A DNA stretch of 64,000 nucleotides from Elusimicrobiales bacterium (lineage in GTDB: Bacteria; Elusimicrobiota; Elusimicrobia; Elusimicrobiales; UBA9959): assembly GCA_023701245.1 (NCBI GenBank), contig JAMPXK010000001.1, positions 23-64,022 on the forward strand, read 5' to 3'. The position numbers and the translations under genes were made by a program. Below, piece after piece: positions 51,514 through 61,429 of this stretch. Position 1 is the stretch's first letter. Each line of letters begins with the position of its first letter. Under the pieces are notes generated by a model. That model ran no database searches and had not been told where the DNA came from. It was given only the letters and a program-made list of their open reading frames with translations.

Positions 51514-53373
51514 TTACAGGTATTCCGTCTGCCAGAGGAACAGCGAGATGAGGCAGGTGAGCTTGCGCGTATTGTCGCTGCGGCCGTCCAGGTGGTCCTG
51601 CAGAAGTTTCTCCGCGTAGGCGTAATCGCAGAAATCCGGGTGGCGGGCGCGCGCCCCGGCGATAGAGTCCCGGGCGAAGTCCTTGAGTTCCTTCTTCAGC
51701 CACTGCCCGGTAGGCATGTTGAAACCCTTCTTGGGCATCTTCAGGATCTCTTCGGGCAGGTACTGGCGCAGGGCCTTGCGGATGATGTGCTTGGTGGTGA
51801 AGCCCTTTATCTTCAGGTTCAGCGGGATCTCCTCCGAGAGGGTTATCATCTCGTTGTCGAGGAAAGGCACCCTGGCCTCCTGCGAGTTGAACATCGTCAC
51901 CAGGTCGGTGGCGTGCAGCGAGCAGTAGGGCAGGAAGACGTTGAGGTCCAGGTACAGCAGGCGGTCCAGCAGGCGGCTGGAGGCCACGGCGGGCAGGTGC
52001 TGCGCGAACACTTCGAAAGGGTCCGCGTGCTTTAGGCCTGGCAGGAGGGCTTTGATGTCCTGCGGGGTCAGGATCTCCTTGTACTTCATGTGCGCCACTT
52101 CGGGCCTGAAGGCGGCGCCGCGGGTGAAGGACTTCACCTTGAAATCCAGGCTGAGCCGGCGCGTGGAGACGGGCAGGCGCTCCGCGGCCGCCCTGATGGC
52201 CGCTTTCACCGGGCCTGGCAGGTACTGGTAGAAACGGCCCACCTTGGCCGCGGTCAGCGTCGGGTACCCGGCGAAAAGTTCGTCGCCGCCGGCCCCCGTG
52301 AGGGCCACGGTTATGTCCGCTCGCGACTGGGCCGACACGTGGCCCATGGCCAGGTAGGTCCAGTCCCCGTGCGGTTCCGCGAAGCCGTGCGCCGCCTTCG
52401 GCAGCTGCTCTATTATGTCGGCGGGCCCCAGCAGGCAGTCGTGGTGGTCCGTGCCGTATTTCTTCGCCACCAGGCGCGCTTCGGCCAGTTCATTGTAGGT
52501 GCCGCCGTCCTCGTAGCCTACGGTGTAGGTTTTGGGTTTCACGCCCAGCTTGGACATCATGGCCACTATGGCCGTGGAGTCCAGGCCGCTGGAGAGGAAG
52601 ACTCCCAGCGGCACGTCGCTGACCAGCTGGCGTTTCACCGAAGAGAGCAGGGCCGCCTCCACGCGGGCGGCGGCGTCGGCCTCGGTCATGCGGTGCGGGC
52701 GGAACCGGTAATGCCAGTACTGCCTGATCTCGGCTTTCTTGCCGGCCACCTTGATGCAGTGCCCCTGCGGCAGGCGGCGGATATGCTTGAAGATGGAACG
52801 GGGGGAGGAGACGTAATAGAAAGAAAGATAATTGGCCAGCGCCTGCTGGTCGATGTCGCGCGGCATGCCGTTGAAGGCCAGCAGCGACTTCAGCTCCGAG
52901 GCGAAGTAGAGCGAACCGCCCAGGTCCGCGTAGAACAGCGGCTTCACGCCGGCGCGGTCGCGCGCCACGAAAAGCTCGCCCCGGCGCGCGTCCCAGACCG
53001 CCAGCGCGAACATGCCGTTGAGCTTCTCCAGGCAGCGCTCGCCGTATTCTTCGTAGAGGTGGACCAGCACTTCGGTGTCGGAGTTGGTGGAGAAACGGTG
53101 CGCGCCTTCCAGTTCCCGGCGCAGTTCCCGGTAATTGTAGATCTCGCCGTTGAGGACCACCGCGATGGTGCGGTCCTCGTTGAAGACCGGCTGGTGGCCG
53201 CCTTCCAGGTCTATGATCTTGAGCCGGCGCATGCCCAGGCCGCAGTTGCGGTCGGTCAGGACGCCTTCGTCGTCGGGGCCGCGGTGCAGCATCTCGAACA
53301 GAGGCCGCTTAAGTTCGGACTCGCGCACCGGCGCGCCGGAGGCGTAGTTGATCTTGCCGAGTATTCCGCACAT
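51514..53373 (-). CDS. asnB: Asparagine synthase (glutamine-hydrolysing) family amidotransferase
   Basis: 619 aa. N-terminal MCGILG nucleophile. LSSGLDST PP-loop. Confidence 0.85.
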   Translation of the reverse strand: MCGILGKINYASGAPVRESELKRPLFEMLHRGPDDEGVLTDRNCGLGMRRLKIIDLEGGHQPVFNEDRTIAVVLNGEIYNYRELRRELEGAHRFSTNSDTEVLVHLYEEYGERCLEKLNGMFALAVWDARRGELFVARDRAGVKPLFYADLGGSLYFASELKSLLAFNGMPRDIDQQALANYLSFYYVSSPRSIFKHIRRLPQGHCIKVAGKKAEIRQYWHYRFRPHRMTEADAAARVEAALLSSVKRQLVSDVPLGVFLSSGLDSTAIVAMMSKLGVKPKTYTVGYEDGGTYNELAEARLVAKKYGTDHHDCLLGPADIIEQLPKAAHGFAEPHGDWTYLAMGHVSAQSRADITVALTGAGGDELFAGYPTLTAAKVGRFYQYLPGPVKAAIRAAAERLPVSTRRLSLDFKVKSFTRGAAFRPEVAHMKYKEILTPQDIKALLPGLKHADPFEVFAQHLPAVASSRLLDRLLYLDLNVFLPYCSLHATDLVTMFNSQEARVPFLDNEMITLSEEIPLNLKIKGFTTKHIIRKALRQYLPEEILKMPKKGFNMPTGQWLKKELKDFARDSIAGARARHPDFCDYAYAEKLLQDHLDGRSDNTRKLTCLISLFLWQTEYL

Positions 53374-53376
53374 GGG

Positions 53377-54960
53377 TCAGCCTTTTGCCGGCCTGGCGTA
53401 GATGCGCAGCCAGTCCGGGATGAAGAACATTTTAGGGACACGGGCCCTGAGTTTAAAACCGAAAAGAGAGAAGTCCGCCCTGAATCGCGCCGCGGGAGAA
53501 TAGCCGGCCCCGGCGAGCGCCGCCTCCAGCGCGGCTTCGTCGAGGTAGCCCGCCTCGGTGCTGGAGACTATCACCAGGCCGGGCTTTTGGGCGGCAAGGC
53601 GGTCGTAGCCCGGCGAACTGGCCCATTCTCCCGAGGTGAGCCGCGCAAAACTCGCGCCAGGCAGGACGGGGGACAGCGGATGGCGGTATTTCAGTTCCAC
53701 TACCCCGGGCCCGAACCAGGAGGGTTCCCGCAGGAGGCCGATAACCGCTCCCGGGCGGGCGTTCTCGGCCAGCCAGCGCGAGGCGGCGTCCCGGAGGTCC
53801 TCGGCCAGCAGCAGGCGCGCCGTGGCGGCCTGGAAAAGCAGCAGTTCCGCCAGGATGAGCGCGGCGCCGGCGCGGCGCACGGAGGGGAACTTTTCGCCGG
53901 CGGCCGCCAGGGCGCGGGCGGCGTATAAAGCCAGGAACGGGAAGAGCGGCAGCATCCTGCCGGCCGAAGCTGCCGCGGCCGCTTTCACGAAGATCGCGAG
54001 CAGCGGCAGCGTCCAGGCGGCCAGCAGCAGGTCGTCCTTGGTGCGCCGCCAGAGGGAAAAGACCAGACCTCCCAGCCCGGCCGCGGCCAGCAGGCCGCCG
54101 GTACCGTCGCAAAAAGCCGCCGCCAGGGTCCGCAGGCCGCCCGTGCCCTGCGTCACCACTCCGGCGATGGCGCCGGTGCCCCGCTGGAAAGCGGCGAAGT
54201 CCAGGACCGAATAAGGCGTCCCGATAAGGAAAGCGGCCGCCATGGCCAGCAGGCCGAGCAGCGGCTGCCTGAGGTCCAGCGCCCGGCGGGGCCCCAGCAA
54301 ATGCGCCGCCAGCAAAGGCAGCACCAGGGGGGCGGCGGAATAGCGCGTGGAAACGGCCAGGCCGGCCGCTATGCCGCCCAGCCAGTAGAAGCGGCTTTCC
54401 CCTGTGTCCATCAGCCGCTTGAACAGGAATATGGCGAGGATGATCCAGAAAAGCCCGGGGCCGTTCATCAGCAGGTAGCGCGAGAAGGCCGTGTGCGCCG
54501 GCGCCAGCGCCAGGAACAGAGCCGCCAGCGCGGCGGCCGCCGGGCCGAACATGGCCCGCCCCAGGAAGTAGAGGACCACTACGGACAGCGCGCCGTACAG
54601 AGCGGACAGGCCCCGGCCCGCCAGGTAGAAACGCGCCCACTCGGCGGGATTGGCGTAGTAGAACTCCTTATCCGGGACCAGGGTAAGGGCTTTTGCCAGG
54701 GCCAGGGCTTTAAGCGAGACCGCGAAGGTGTAGAGGTGGAAGGTGCCCTCGCCCAGGGCGTTGGGGGTTCTTTCTCCTACGGGGCTGAAGTCCAGGCGGG
54801 CCGGGTCCATGGCCTGCAGGTGGGCCATGGGCGTGTTCTCGTCGCAGTTGTAAGTGTTGAGGTGGTAAGGGCCGGGCAGCGCCCAGCGCAGGCCGATCAG
54901 TACGGGGATGGCGCCGGCCAGGACTATGGCTGCGAGCCGTAATTTTTCTGATCTTTGCAT
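53377..54960 (-). CDS. GT-C fold (ArnT/PMT_2-like) membrane glycosyltransferase
   Basis: ATG at 54960 (the track start at 54990 is a TTG). Polytopic membrane N-terminal two-thirds plus a soluble C-terminal domain. Confidence 0.6.
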   Translation of the reverse strand: MQRSEKLRLAAIVLAGAIPVLIGLRWALPGPYHLNTYNCDENTPMAHLQAMDPARLDFSPVGERTPNALGEGTFHLYTFAVSLKALALAKALTLVPDKEFYYANPAEWARFYLAGRGLSALYGALSVVVLYFLGRAMFGPAAAALAALFLALAPAHTAFSRYLLMNGPGLFWIILAIFLFKRLMDTGESRFYWLGGIAAGLAVSTRYSAAPLVLPLLAAHLLGPRRALDLRQPLLGLLAMAAAFLIGTPYSVLDFAAFQRGTGAIAGVVTQGTGGLRTLAAAFCDGTGGLLAAAGLGGLVFSLWRRTKDDLLLAAWTLPLLAIFVKAAAAASAGRMLPLFPFLALYAARALAAAGEKFPSVRRAGAALILAELLLFQAATARLLLAEDLRDAASRWLAENARPGAVIGLLREPSWFGPGVVELKYRHPLSPVLPGASFARLTSGEWASSPGYDRLAAQKPGLVIVSSTEAGYLDEAALEAALAGAGYSPAARFRADFSLFGFKLRARVPKMFFIPDWLRIYARPAKG

Positions 54961-55057
54961 AGGGTGCTGGGCGGCAGTTGCGGGCGCCAATTAAATATAC
55001 AATAATTAACATAGCGTAACAACCCGGCGGCGGCGCGCCGCTCCGGGCGGAAAACTA

Positions 55058-56491
55058 ATGAGGATCCTGCTTATAAACCTGCCGCGTGTCGACGGCTTCC
55101 CGGTGATCCGGGAGGAGCGGTTCGAACACAAGGATTTCGAGATGGTCCAGCCTCCGCTGGGCCTGCTCTACTGCGCGTCCATGCTGCGCGCGGCGGGACA
55201 CGCCGTGGCCCTTATAGACGCCAACGCGCTGGACCTTTCGCAGGCAGAGACGGAGCGCAGGGCGGCCGCCTTCGCGCCGGGGATCATAATCGCCAGGGTG
55301 GCTTTCGACGCGCAGGACCAGGACGCGGCGGCGCTGGCCCGCATAAAAGCGGCCGTGCCCGGCGCCCTGGTGCTTACCCGAAATAAAATACTTTCCGACG
55401 TTCCGGCCCTGCGCGACGCTTTCATGGCGCGGCACCCGCAGCTGGACTACTTCCTGCTGATGGAACCTGAATCCGTAGTGGGCCAGGTCTGCGCGGCCCT
55501 GGCGGCCGGGCAGCGCCCGCCCGCCGCCGCCTGGCTGGAGAAAGGCGCGGTCACGGAAGGCGCCCCCGCCCAGCTGCCCGCCGCCCTGGACGAGTTCCCT
55601 TTCCCGGCCTATGACCTGCTGGAGACCATGGCGCCGTACAAGACCAGCATGTTCGGCCCCGTCTATACGCTGGTGCTTTCCAGCCGCGGCTGCCCGTTCC
55701 AGTGCACTTTCTGCGCCTATTGCCGTTCCAAGTACCGCGAGCGGTCCGCCGCCAACGTGGTGGCCGAACTGAAATGGCTCAAGGAGACCGTCGGGCTCAA
55801 GAATTTCGTGTTCTTTGACGACACTATCTCGCTCAAGCGCGAGCGCACCATGGAGATCTTCCGGCTCATGCGCGAGAGCGCCCTGGACCTGAAGTTCGGA
55901 GTCTGCACCCGGGTGGACCTGATAGACGACGAGATGGTGGCCGCGGCCAGGGCCGCCGGCTGCGTGGAGATCGGTTTCGGGGTGGAGTCGGGCTCCCAGA
56001 AAGTGCTGGACCTGGCCAAGAAGGGGATAAAGCTCGACCAGGTGCGCGCCGCCTTCGCCCTCTGTAAAAAACACGGCATAAAATCCATCGCCTCGGTGAT
56101 CCTGGGCCTGCCCGGGGAGACCGAAGAGACCGTCCGCGAGACTTTCCGCTTCATCTCCGAATTGAACCCGTATTACTGCCAGTACGCCATCGCGGTACCC
56201 TTTCCCAATACGGAAGTGTACCGCTATTACGACGAGCGCGGCCTTATCCTTACCCGCGACTGGACCAAATACAACCCGCTGGAGGTCTCCCCGGTGTTCC
56301 GCACCGAGGCGCTCAGCGCCGAGCGTCTTACCGAACTGAAACGCCAGGGCTACATAAAGTTCCTGCTGCGCCCCTCGTTCATACTTTCCAAGATAGAACC
56401 GTTCAACCTGCTGTGGAACATAAAGGGTTTCTTCATGTACGCTCACCGGCTGGCCGGGCTGCTGCTGAGCGGCAGGAAGTACGTCCGCTGA
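55058..56491 (+). CDS. B12-binding-domain radical SAM enzyme (class B), paralog 1
   Basis: 477 aa. N-terminal Rossmann-like B12 domain (MRILLINLP...PPLGLLYCASMLR). SSRGCPFQCTFCAY is a CxxxCxxC motif. Confidence 0.85.
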   Translation: MRILLINLPRVDGFPVIREERFEHKDFEMVQPPLGLLYCASMLRAAGHAVALIDANALDLSQAETERRAAAFAPGIIIARVAFDAQDQDAAALARIKAAVPGALVLTRNKILSDVPALRDAFMARHPQLDYFLLMEPESVVGQVCAALAAGQRPPAAAWLEKGAVTEGAPAQLPAALDEFPFPAYDLLETMAPYKTSMFGPVYTLVLSSRGCPFQCTFCAYCRSKYRERSAANVVAELKWLKETVGLKNFVFFDDTISLKRERTMEIFRLMRESALDLKFGVCTRVDLIDDEMVAAARAAGCVEIGFGVESGSQKVLDLAKKGIKLDQVRAAFALCKKHGIKSIASVILGLPGETEETVRETFRFISELNPYYCQYAIAVPFPNTEVYRYYDERGLILTRDWTKYNPLEVSPVFRTEALSAERLTELKRQGYIKFLLRPSFILSKIEPFNLLWNIKGFFMYAHRLAGLLLSGRKYVR

Positions 56492-57609
56492 TGAAATTCT
56501 GCGTCCTCTCCTCTCTGGCGTCCCGCAGCGGCAGCTCCATCCGCAACCGCGGGATCTGCCGCGCGCTGGCCGGGCTGGGCCACCAGGTGGAGTATCTCGA
56601 GCCCGTGGTTCCCGGCGACGAGCCCCCGGCGGGAGAGGGGTTCGGCCAGCTGCCGTACCGCGCCTCCTTCGCCAGCCCGGCGCTGTGGACCATACCTGCC
56701 CTATTCCATAACGCCGGCCGCCTGCTGGAACTGAAGCCGGACATGGTCATGGTGATGAAGCCTTTCGCGCATACCGCGCTGCCCGCCCTGCTGGCCCGTC
56801 TGGCGCACGGCGCCAGGGTAGTAATGGATTTCGACGACCTGGACTGCGGCTACTTTTCCGGCGGCGCCGCGCAGGCGCTGGTGGAACAGCTGCAGTTGTT
56901 TTTCCTGCGCCGCGCGGACAGGGTCTGCGTTCATAATCCTGCCCTGCGCGCCTACCTGGAAGAGAACGGCGTAAAGCCCGGGCGTATAACCTTCCTGGGC
57001 CAGGGCATAGACCCGGAGAAGTACCGCCTTGGCGCCGCCCCGGCGCCGGCCCTGCCCAAAGACTGGGAAACGGCGACGGTGCTGCTTTACGCGGCGCATC
57101 TCGGGCCGGCCGCGGCGCTGGAACCCATCCTTAAACTGACCGCGGAACTTCCGGGTAATTTCCGCCTGCTCGTAGTAGGCGGCGGCGCCAGGCTGGAAGA
57201 GTTCCGGCTGGCGGCCGGGCGCCTTGGCATAGAGGGCCGGACCCTGTTCACCGGCTACCTGCCGCACGCCGAAGCCCTTGGCTGGCTGCGGCGCGGGCAG
57301 ATAGCCCTGAACTATCTCTGGGAGAACGAGCCGCGAGAAAAATTCCGCTCGCAGATAAAGCTACGGGAGTACCTGGCGCTGGGCCTGCCGGTGGTGTCCT
57401 CCCGCGGGGGCGACGTGGAACTTTTCGGGGAATTCCTGGAGATAGCCGCCGACGACGCGGATTTCAGGAACAAGGTGCTCAAGACCGCGGCCGGCCTGCC
57501 GGCGGCCGCGGCCCGGGCGGCCCGCGGGCGGGCCTGGGTGAACGAAAAATTCTCCTGGGCCGGGCTGGTCCGGGAATGGCTGGCCGCCGCGGAGCTGGAA
57601 AAGTTATGA
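56491..57609 (+). CDS. GT4-type (GT-B fold, Glycos_transf_1) glycosyltransferase
   Basis: ATG at 56491 overlaps the upstream stop. C-terminal E..K..EYLALGLPVVSS motif. Confidence 0.75.
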   Translation: MKFCVLSSLASRSGSSIRNRGICRALAGLGHQVEYLEPVVPGDEPPAGEGFGQLPYRASFASPALWTIPALFHNAGRLLELKPDMVMVMKPFAHTALPALLARLAHGARVVMDFDDLDCGYFSGGAAQALVEQLQLFFLRRADRVCVHNPALRAYLEENGVKPGRITFLGQGIDPEKYRLGAAPAPALPKDWETATVLLYAAHLGPAAALEPILKLTAELPGNFRLLVVGGGARLEEFRLAAGRLGIEGRTLFTGYLPHAEALGWLRRGQIALNYLWENEPREKFRSQIKLREYLALGLPVVSSRGGDVELFGEFLEIAADDADFRNKVLKTAAGLPAAAARAARGRAWVNEKFSWAGLVREWLAAAELEKL

Positions 57610-58580
57610 CAAAAGTATCGGTGGTAGTTCCCGTATATAACGGGGCCAGGACCATAGGCCTGGCCCTGGACGCGCTGCTGGCGCAGACAGTGAAGGACCT
57701 CGAGATCATAGTGGCCGACGACGGGTCTACCGATAATACGGCGGAACTGGTCAGGGCGCGCCCCGTTAAATACCTGCGTCAGGAGAACGCCGGGCCCGCC
57801 AAGGCGCGCAACCTGGGCTGGCGCGCGGCCTCCGGAGAGATCATTTTTTTCACCGACTCGGACTGTGTGCCCGAGCCGGAGTGGGTGGCTAAGCTCTTGC
57901 GCGCTTTCGCGGACCCGGCTGTTTCCGCCGCCGGCGGCACTTACGGCATAAAGAACCCGGAAAGCCTGGTGGCGCAGTGCATCCATTACGACATCCAGTA
58001 CCGTCACGCGCGTCTGGGCACCGAGGTGGCCTACCTGGGCTCCTTCAGCCTGGCCCTGCGCCGCACCGCCCTGGAGGCGGCAGGCGGCTTCGACGAGAGT
58101 TTCCGCATAGCCTGCGGCGAGGACGCCGACCTCTCCTACCGCCTCTACAAGGCAGGCCACCGCTTCCGTTTCGACAAGAACTGCCTGGTCTTCCATCATT
58201 TCCCGGTCGGTTTCACCCATTTCTGCCGTCAGCAGTTCTGGCGCGGCTACTGGATCATGAAGCTGCTGGCCCGGCACGGCAGCACCGGCGCTCCGGGATA
58301 CAGTAATTTCCTGGACGCGCTGCAGCCGCCTCTTTTCGCGCTGGCCCTGGCCGCGCTGGCGGCGGCGCCGCTGCTGCCGGCCGTCAGAACCGCGGCGCTG
58401 GTCCTCAACCTGCTGGCGTTCGCCGTGAACCTGCCCTCGGCGCTGTTCGGCGTCCGCGCGTCGGGGTCGCCCCGCCTGCTGTTCTCCCTGGTTCTGTTCT
58501 ATTTCAGGGGTTTCGCCTGGGTGCTGGGCCTGGCTTACGGCTCTGGCTTCCTGCTTTCCCGCGGCGGTGACAAGAAATGA
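57606..58580 (+). CDS. GT2 glycosyltransferase with C-terminal TM helices
   Basis: ATGA overlap. VSVVVPVYNG, VADDGSTDNT, FTDSDC (DxD), QQFWRGYW (QxxRW-like). Confidence 0.8.
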   Translation: MTKVSVVVPVYNGARTIGLALDALLAQTVKDLEIIVADDGSTDNTAELVRARPVKYLRQENAGPAKARNLGWRAASGEIIFFTDSDCVPEPEWVAKLLRAFADPAVSAAGGTYGIKNPESLVAQCIHYDIQYRHARLGTEVAYLGSFSLALRRTALEAAGGFDESFRIACGEDADLSYRLYKAGHRFRFDKNCLVFHHFPVGFTHFCRQQFWRGYWIMKLLARHGSTGAPGYSNFLDALQPPLFALALAALAAAPLLPAVRTAALVLNLLAFAVNLPSALFGVRASGSPRLLFSLVLFYFRGFAWVLGLAYGSGFLLSRGGDKK

Positions 58581-59992
58581 AAATACTGCTCCTTAACCCG
58601 CCGGCCGGCACCAGCCTTTCTTCCACGCTGCCGGATAAGTACACCTCCGTGGAGATAGGATATTACCCGCCGCTGGGCCTGATGTACCTGGCCGGTTACC
58701 TGCGCGCCCGGACCGCCCACACGGCCGTGATAGCCGACATGGTGGCCCAGCGCCTGGTGCTGGGCGACCTGGCCGGCCTGCTGGAACGCCACCGTCCCGA
58801 CGCGGTGGGCGTTTACTCGGCCAGCGCCACCGCCAACAGCGTGTACAAGATCTGCGCCAGGCTAAAAGAGCTCGCCCCGACGCTGCCGGTCATAGTGGGC
58901 GGTCCCCACGCCGACATTTTCCCGGCGGAAACCGTGGCCTGGCCCGCGGTGGACTACGTGGTGCGCGGCGAGGGCGAGCTGACCCTGGCCGAACTGCTCG
59001 ACCGCTTGGCCGGCGGCGGGGACCCGGCCGGGGTGGCCGGGGTGTACAGCAAGAAGGACGGGGTTGCGGTTTCCGGCGGCGACCGGCCGCCCGTGGCCGA
59101 TCTCGACGAACTGCCTTTCCCGGCCCGGGACCTGACCGAGTATAAGAAGTACCATTCCGCCATAGGCAAGGACAAGGTGGCCACCACGCTGATGACCAGC
59201 CGCGGCTGCCCTTACCGCTGCAATTTCTGCTTTGTGCAGTACGGCGGGCGCTACCGGGCCCGCAGCGCGGCCAACGTGCTGGCCGAGATAGAGGAATGCC
59301 TGAAGCTGGGTATCCGCGAGTTCTTCTTCTTCGACGAGATCTTTACGGTGGACAAGAAGCGCGTGCTGGCCATCTGCGACGAGATAGTCAGGCGCAAGCT
59401 GGATATAACCTTCGAGGTGCGCTCCCGCATCAATACCATGGACGCGGAGATGCTCGCCGCCCTGAAGAAGGCCGGCTGCGAGCGGATCTCCTACGGCGTG
59501 GAGTCCGCCTGCGACGAAGTGCTGAAGGCCATGAACAAGCGCATTACCGCCGCGCAGGCCCGCGAGGTGACGGCGCTGACACAGCGGGCGGGGATAGAGG
59601 TGTTCCTGGATTTCATGCTGGGCTACCCCGGAGAGACCAGGGAGCAGATGCTGCGCACCATGGCCTTCGCGCGCGAACTGGACCCCGACTACGTGCAGTT
59701 CGCCATAACGGTGCTTATTCCCGGCACTACCATTTACGACGAGGCCCTGGCCTCCGGGCAGCTTAAGTCGGATTTCTGGCGCGAGGTGGCCAAGAACCCG
59801 CCTGACCTGATAGTGCCGCCGCTGGCATCGGATAAATACGGCCGCGAGTTCCTGGAGGAGATGTTCAGGAAGGCTTACAGGGGGTTCTATTTCCGGCCGG
59901 CCTACGTCCTGAAGCGGCTCAAGAAGATCTCGTCGCTGACGGAGCTGGGCAGGCACATAAAAGGCGCCTTCCAGCTTTTCAGGGACAGTTAG
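58577..59992 (+). CDS. B12-binding-domain radical SAM enzyme (class B), paralog 2
   Basis: 471 aa. ATGA overlap. MKILLLNPP...PPLGLMYLAGYLR. TSRGCPYRCNFCFV. Confidence 0.85.
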   Translation: MKILLLNPPAGTSLSSTLPDKYTSVEIGYYPPLGLMYLAGYLRARTAHTAVIADMVAQRLVLGDLAGLLERHRPDAVGVYSASATANSVYKICARLKELAPTLPVIVGGPHADIFPAETVAWPAVDYVVRGEGELTLAELLDRLAGGGDPAGVAGVYSKKDGVAVSGGDRPPVADLDELPFPARDLTEYKKYHSAIGKDKVATTLMTSRGCPYRCNFCFVQYGGRYRARSAANVLAEIEECLKLGIREFFFFDEIFTVDKKRVLAICDEIVRRKLDITFEVRSRINTMDAEMLAALKKAGCERISYGVESACDEVLKAMNKRITAAQAREVTALTQRAGIEVFLDFMLGYPGETREQMLRTMAFARELDPDYVQFAITVLIPGTTIYDEALASGQLKSDFWREVAKNPPDLIVPPLASDKYGREFLEEMFRKAYRGFYFRPAYVLKRLKKISSLTELGRHIKGAFQLFRDS

Positions 59993-59995
59993 AGG

Positions 59996-61417
59996 TCAGG
60001 CTTTTTTCCTGCCGAGCAGGTAGGAGAAGAAACTGCGCGCGCCGTAGAGCTTGCGCATCAGGTCCGACGGGGAAGTGAAAAGCATCCGCAGTATCTGCAG
60101 GGGGCGCAGGTAGAATTCCTTCAGGCCCCTGTCTATAAAATAATCTATTTCTTCCTTGGACAGCTGGGGATAGCTGAGCAGGGTCACCTGCTCGCAGTTC
60201 GGGCTCACCCACTCGCGCCAGTCCTTTGGCACCAGGTAGCCTTTTTCCCTGGCCCAGTCGTAAAGTTCCGTGCCAGGGTACACGCAGATGCCGGAGAACT
60301 GCACCGTGTCCAGGGGGAGGCTCTTGGCGAACTCTATGGTGGCCTCCGCCGATTCCCTGGTCTCGCCGGGCGCGCCTACCATGAAGCAGCCGTGCAGGGT
60401 AAAACCCAGCCGCGAGGCTTCGGCCGCGAAACTGCGGGACTGCTCCAGCGTTATCCCTTTCTTTACCGCGTCCAGGGCGGCCTGGGTGCCGAATTCGAAC
60501 CCTACCATCAGCATGCGGCAGCCGGCCTTTTTCATGAGCGGCAGCAGGGAGAGGTCCATGTCCACCCGGGTATTGCAGCTCCAGGTGACCTTGAGACCGC
60601 GCTTGAGGATCTCCTCGCAGAGCGCCTTCAGGTGGACGGCCGAACCGGTCAGGGTATCCGTTTCGAACATGAGCTCGCGCAGCCGGGGGAAAAGCTTCAG
60701 GTCGTATTCCATCTCGTCCACGATAGCCCGGGCGGAGCGCAGGCGCATGTGGCGGCCGTGCATGGACTCGGTGGTGTCGCGGCAGAAGGTGCAGCGGCCC
60801 AGGCAGCCGCGCCCGGAGATGATGGTGAGGAAAGGGACGCGCTTGGCCACGTCCTTGTAAAGTTCCGGATCGATGTGGCGCCAGGCGGGGAAAGGCAGGG
60901 AGTTCACGTCCACCGGCGCGCCGTAGGGGTTGTTGACGGCCTTGCCGTCCTTGAGGTAGCTCAGGCCGGCTATCGATGCCGGGTCCTTGCCGTAGGCCAG
61001 GTCCAGGAGGACGTAGTCGTATTCTCCGCGCGCTACGTAGTCCGCGGCGCCGCCGGCGAGGGCCAGGGTCTCGGCGGGCAGGGCGGTGACATGGGGGCCT
61101 ACCAGCACGGTGCGGCAGCCGCAGGTCTCCTTGAGCATCCTGGCGTGGTCGATGTCGGAATAAATGGAGGGGGTGGTGGTATGGACCACGGCCAGTTCCG
61201 GGCGGAAGTCCGCGGCTATGGCGGCCACTTTCTTCATGTCCAGGTTGAGGGCCGCGGCGTCGGTGAACACGACCTGGTGGCCGCCGCGCTCCAGCACGGC
61301 CACGGCGGTGAGCAGCCAGTCGGGGTGGCGCTGCACGCGGCCGCGGGATTTGGCGGCCCACCTGGCGGAGCGGCAGAAATCTTCGCCGTAGAAAGGGTTG
61401 AGTACCAGGACTTTCAT
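59996..61417 (-). CDS. B12-binding-domain radical SAM enzyme (class B), paralog 3
   Basis: 473 aa. MKVLVLNP.... SGRGCLGRCTFCRD. The N-terminal FCRSARWAAKSRGRV segment is reminiscent of HpnJ-like members (from memory). Confidence 0.8.
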   Translation of the reverse strand: MKVLVLNPFYGEDFCRSARWAAKSRGRVQRHPDWLLTAVAVLERGGHQVVFTDAAALNLDMKKVAAIAADFRPELAVVHTTTPSIYSDIDHARMLKETCGCRTVLVGPHVTALPAETLALAGGAADYVARGEYDYVLLDLAYGKDPASIAGLSYLKDGKAVNNPYGAPVDVNSLPFPAWRHIDPELYKDVAKRVPFLTIISGRGCLGRCTFCRDTTESMHGRHMRLRSARAIVDEMEYDLKLFPRLRELMFETDTLTGSAVHLKALCEEILKRGLKVTWSCNTRVDMDLSLLPLMKKAGCRMLMVGFEFGTQAALDAVKKGITLEQSRSFAAEASRLGFTLHGCFMVGAPGETRESAEATIEFAKSLPLDTVQFSGICVYPGTELYDWAREKGYLVPKDWREWVSPNCEQVTLLSYPQLSKEEIDYFIDRGLKEFYLRPLQILRMLFTSPSDLMRKLYGARSFFSYLLGRKKA

Positions 61418-61429
61418 GTTTTAAAAAAC

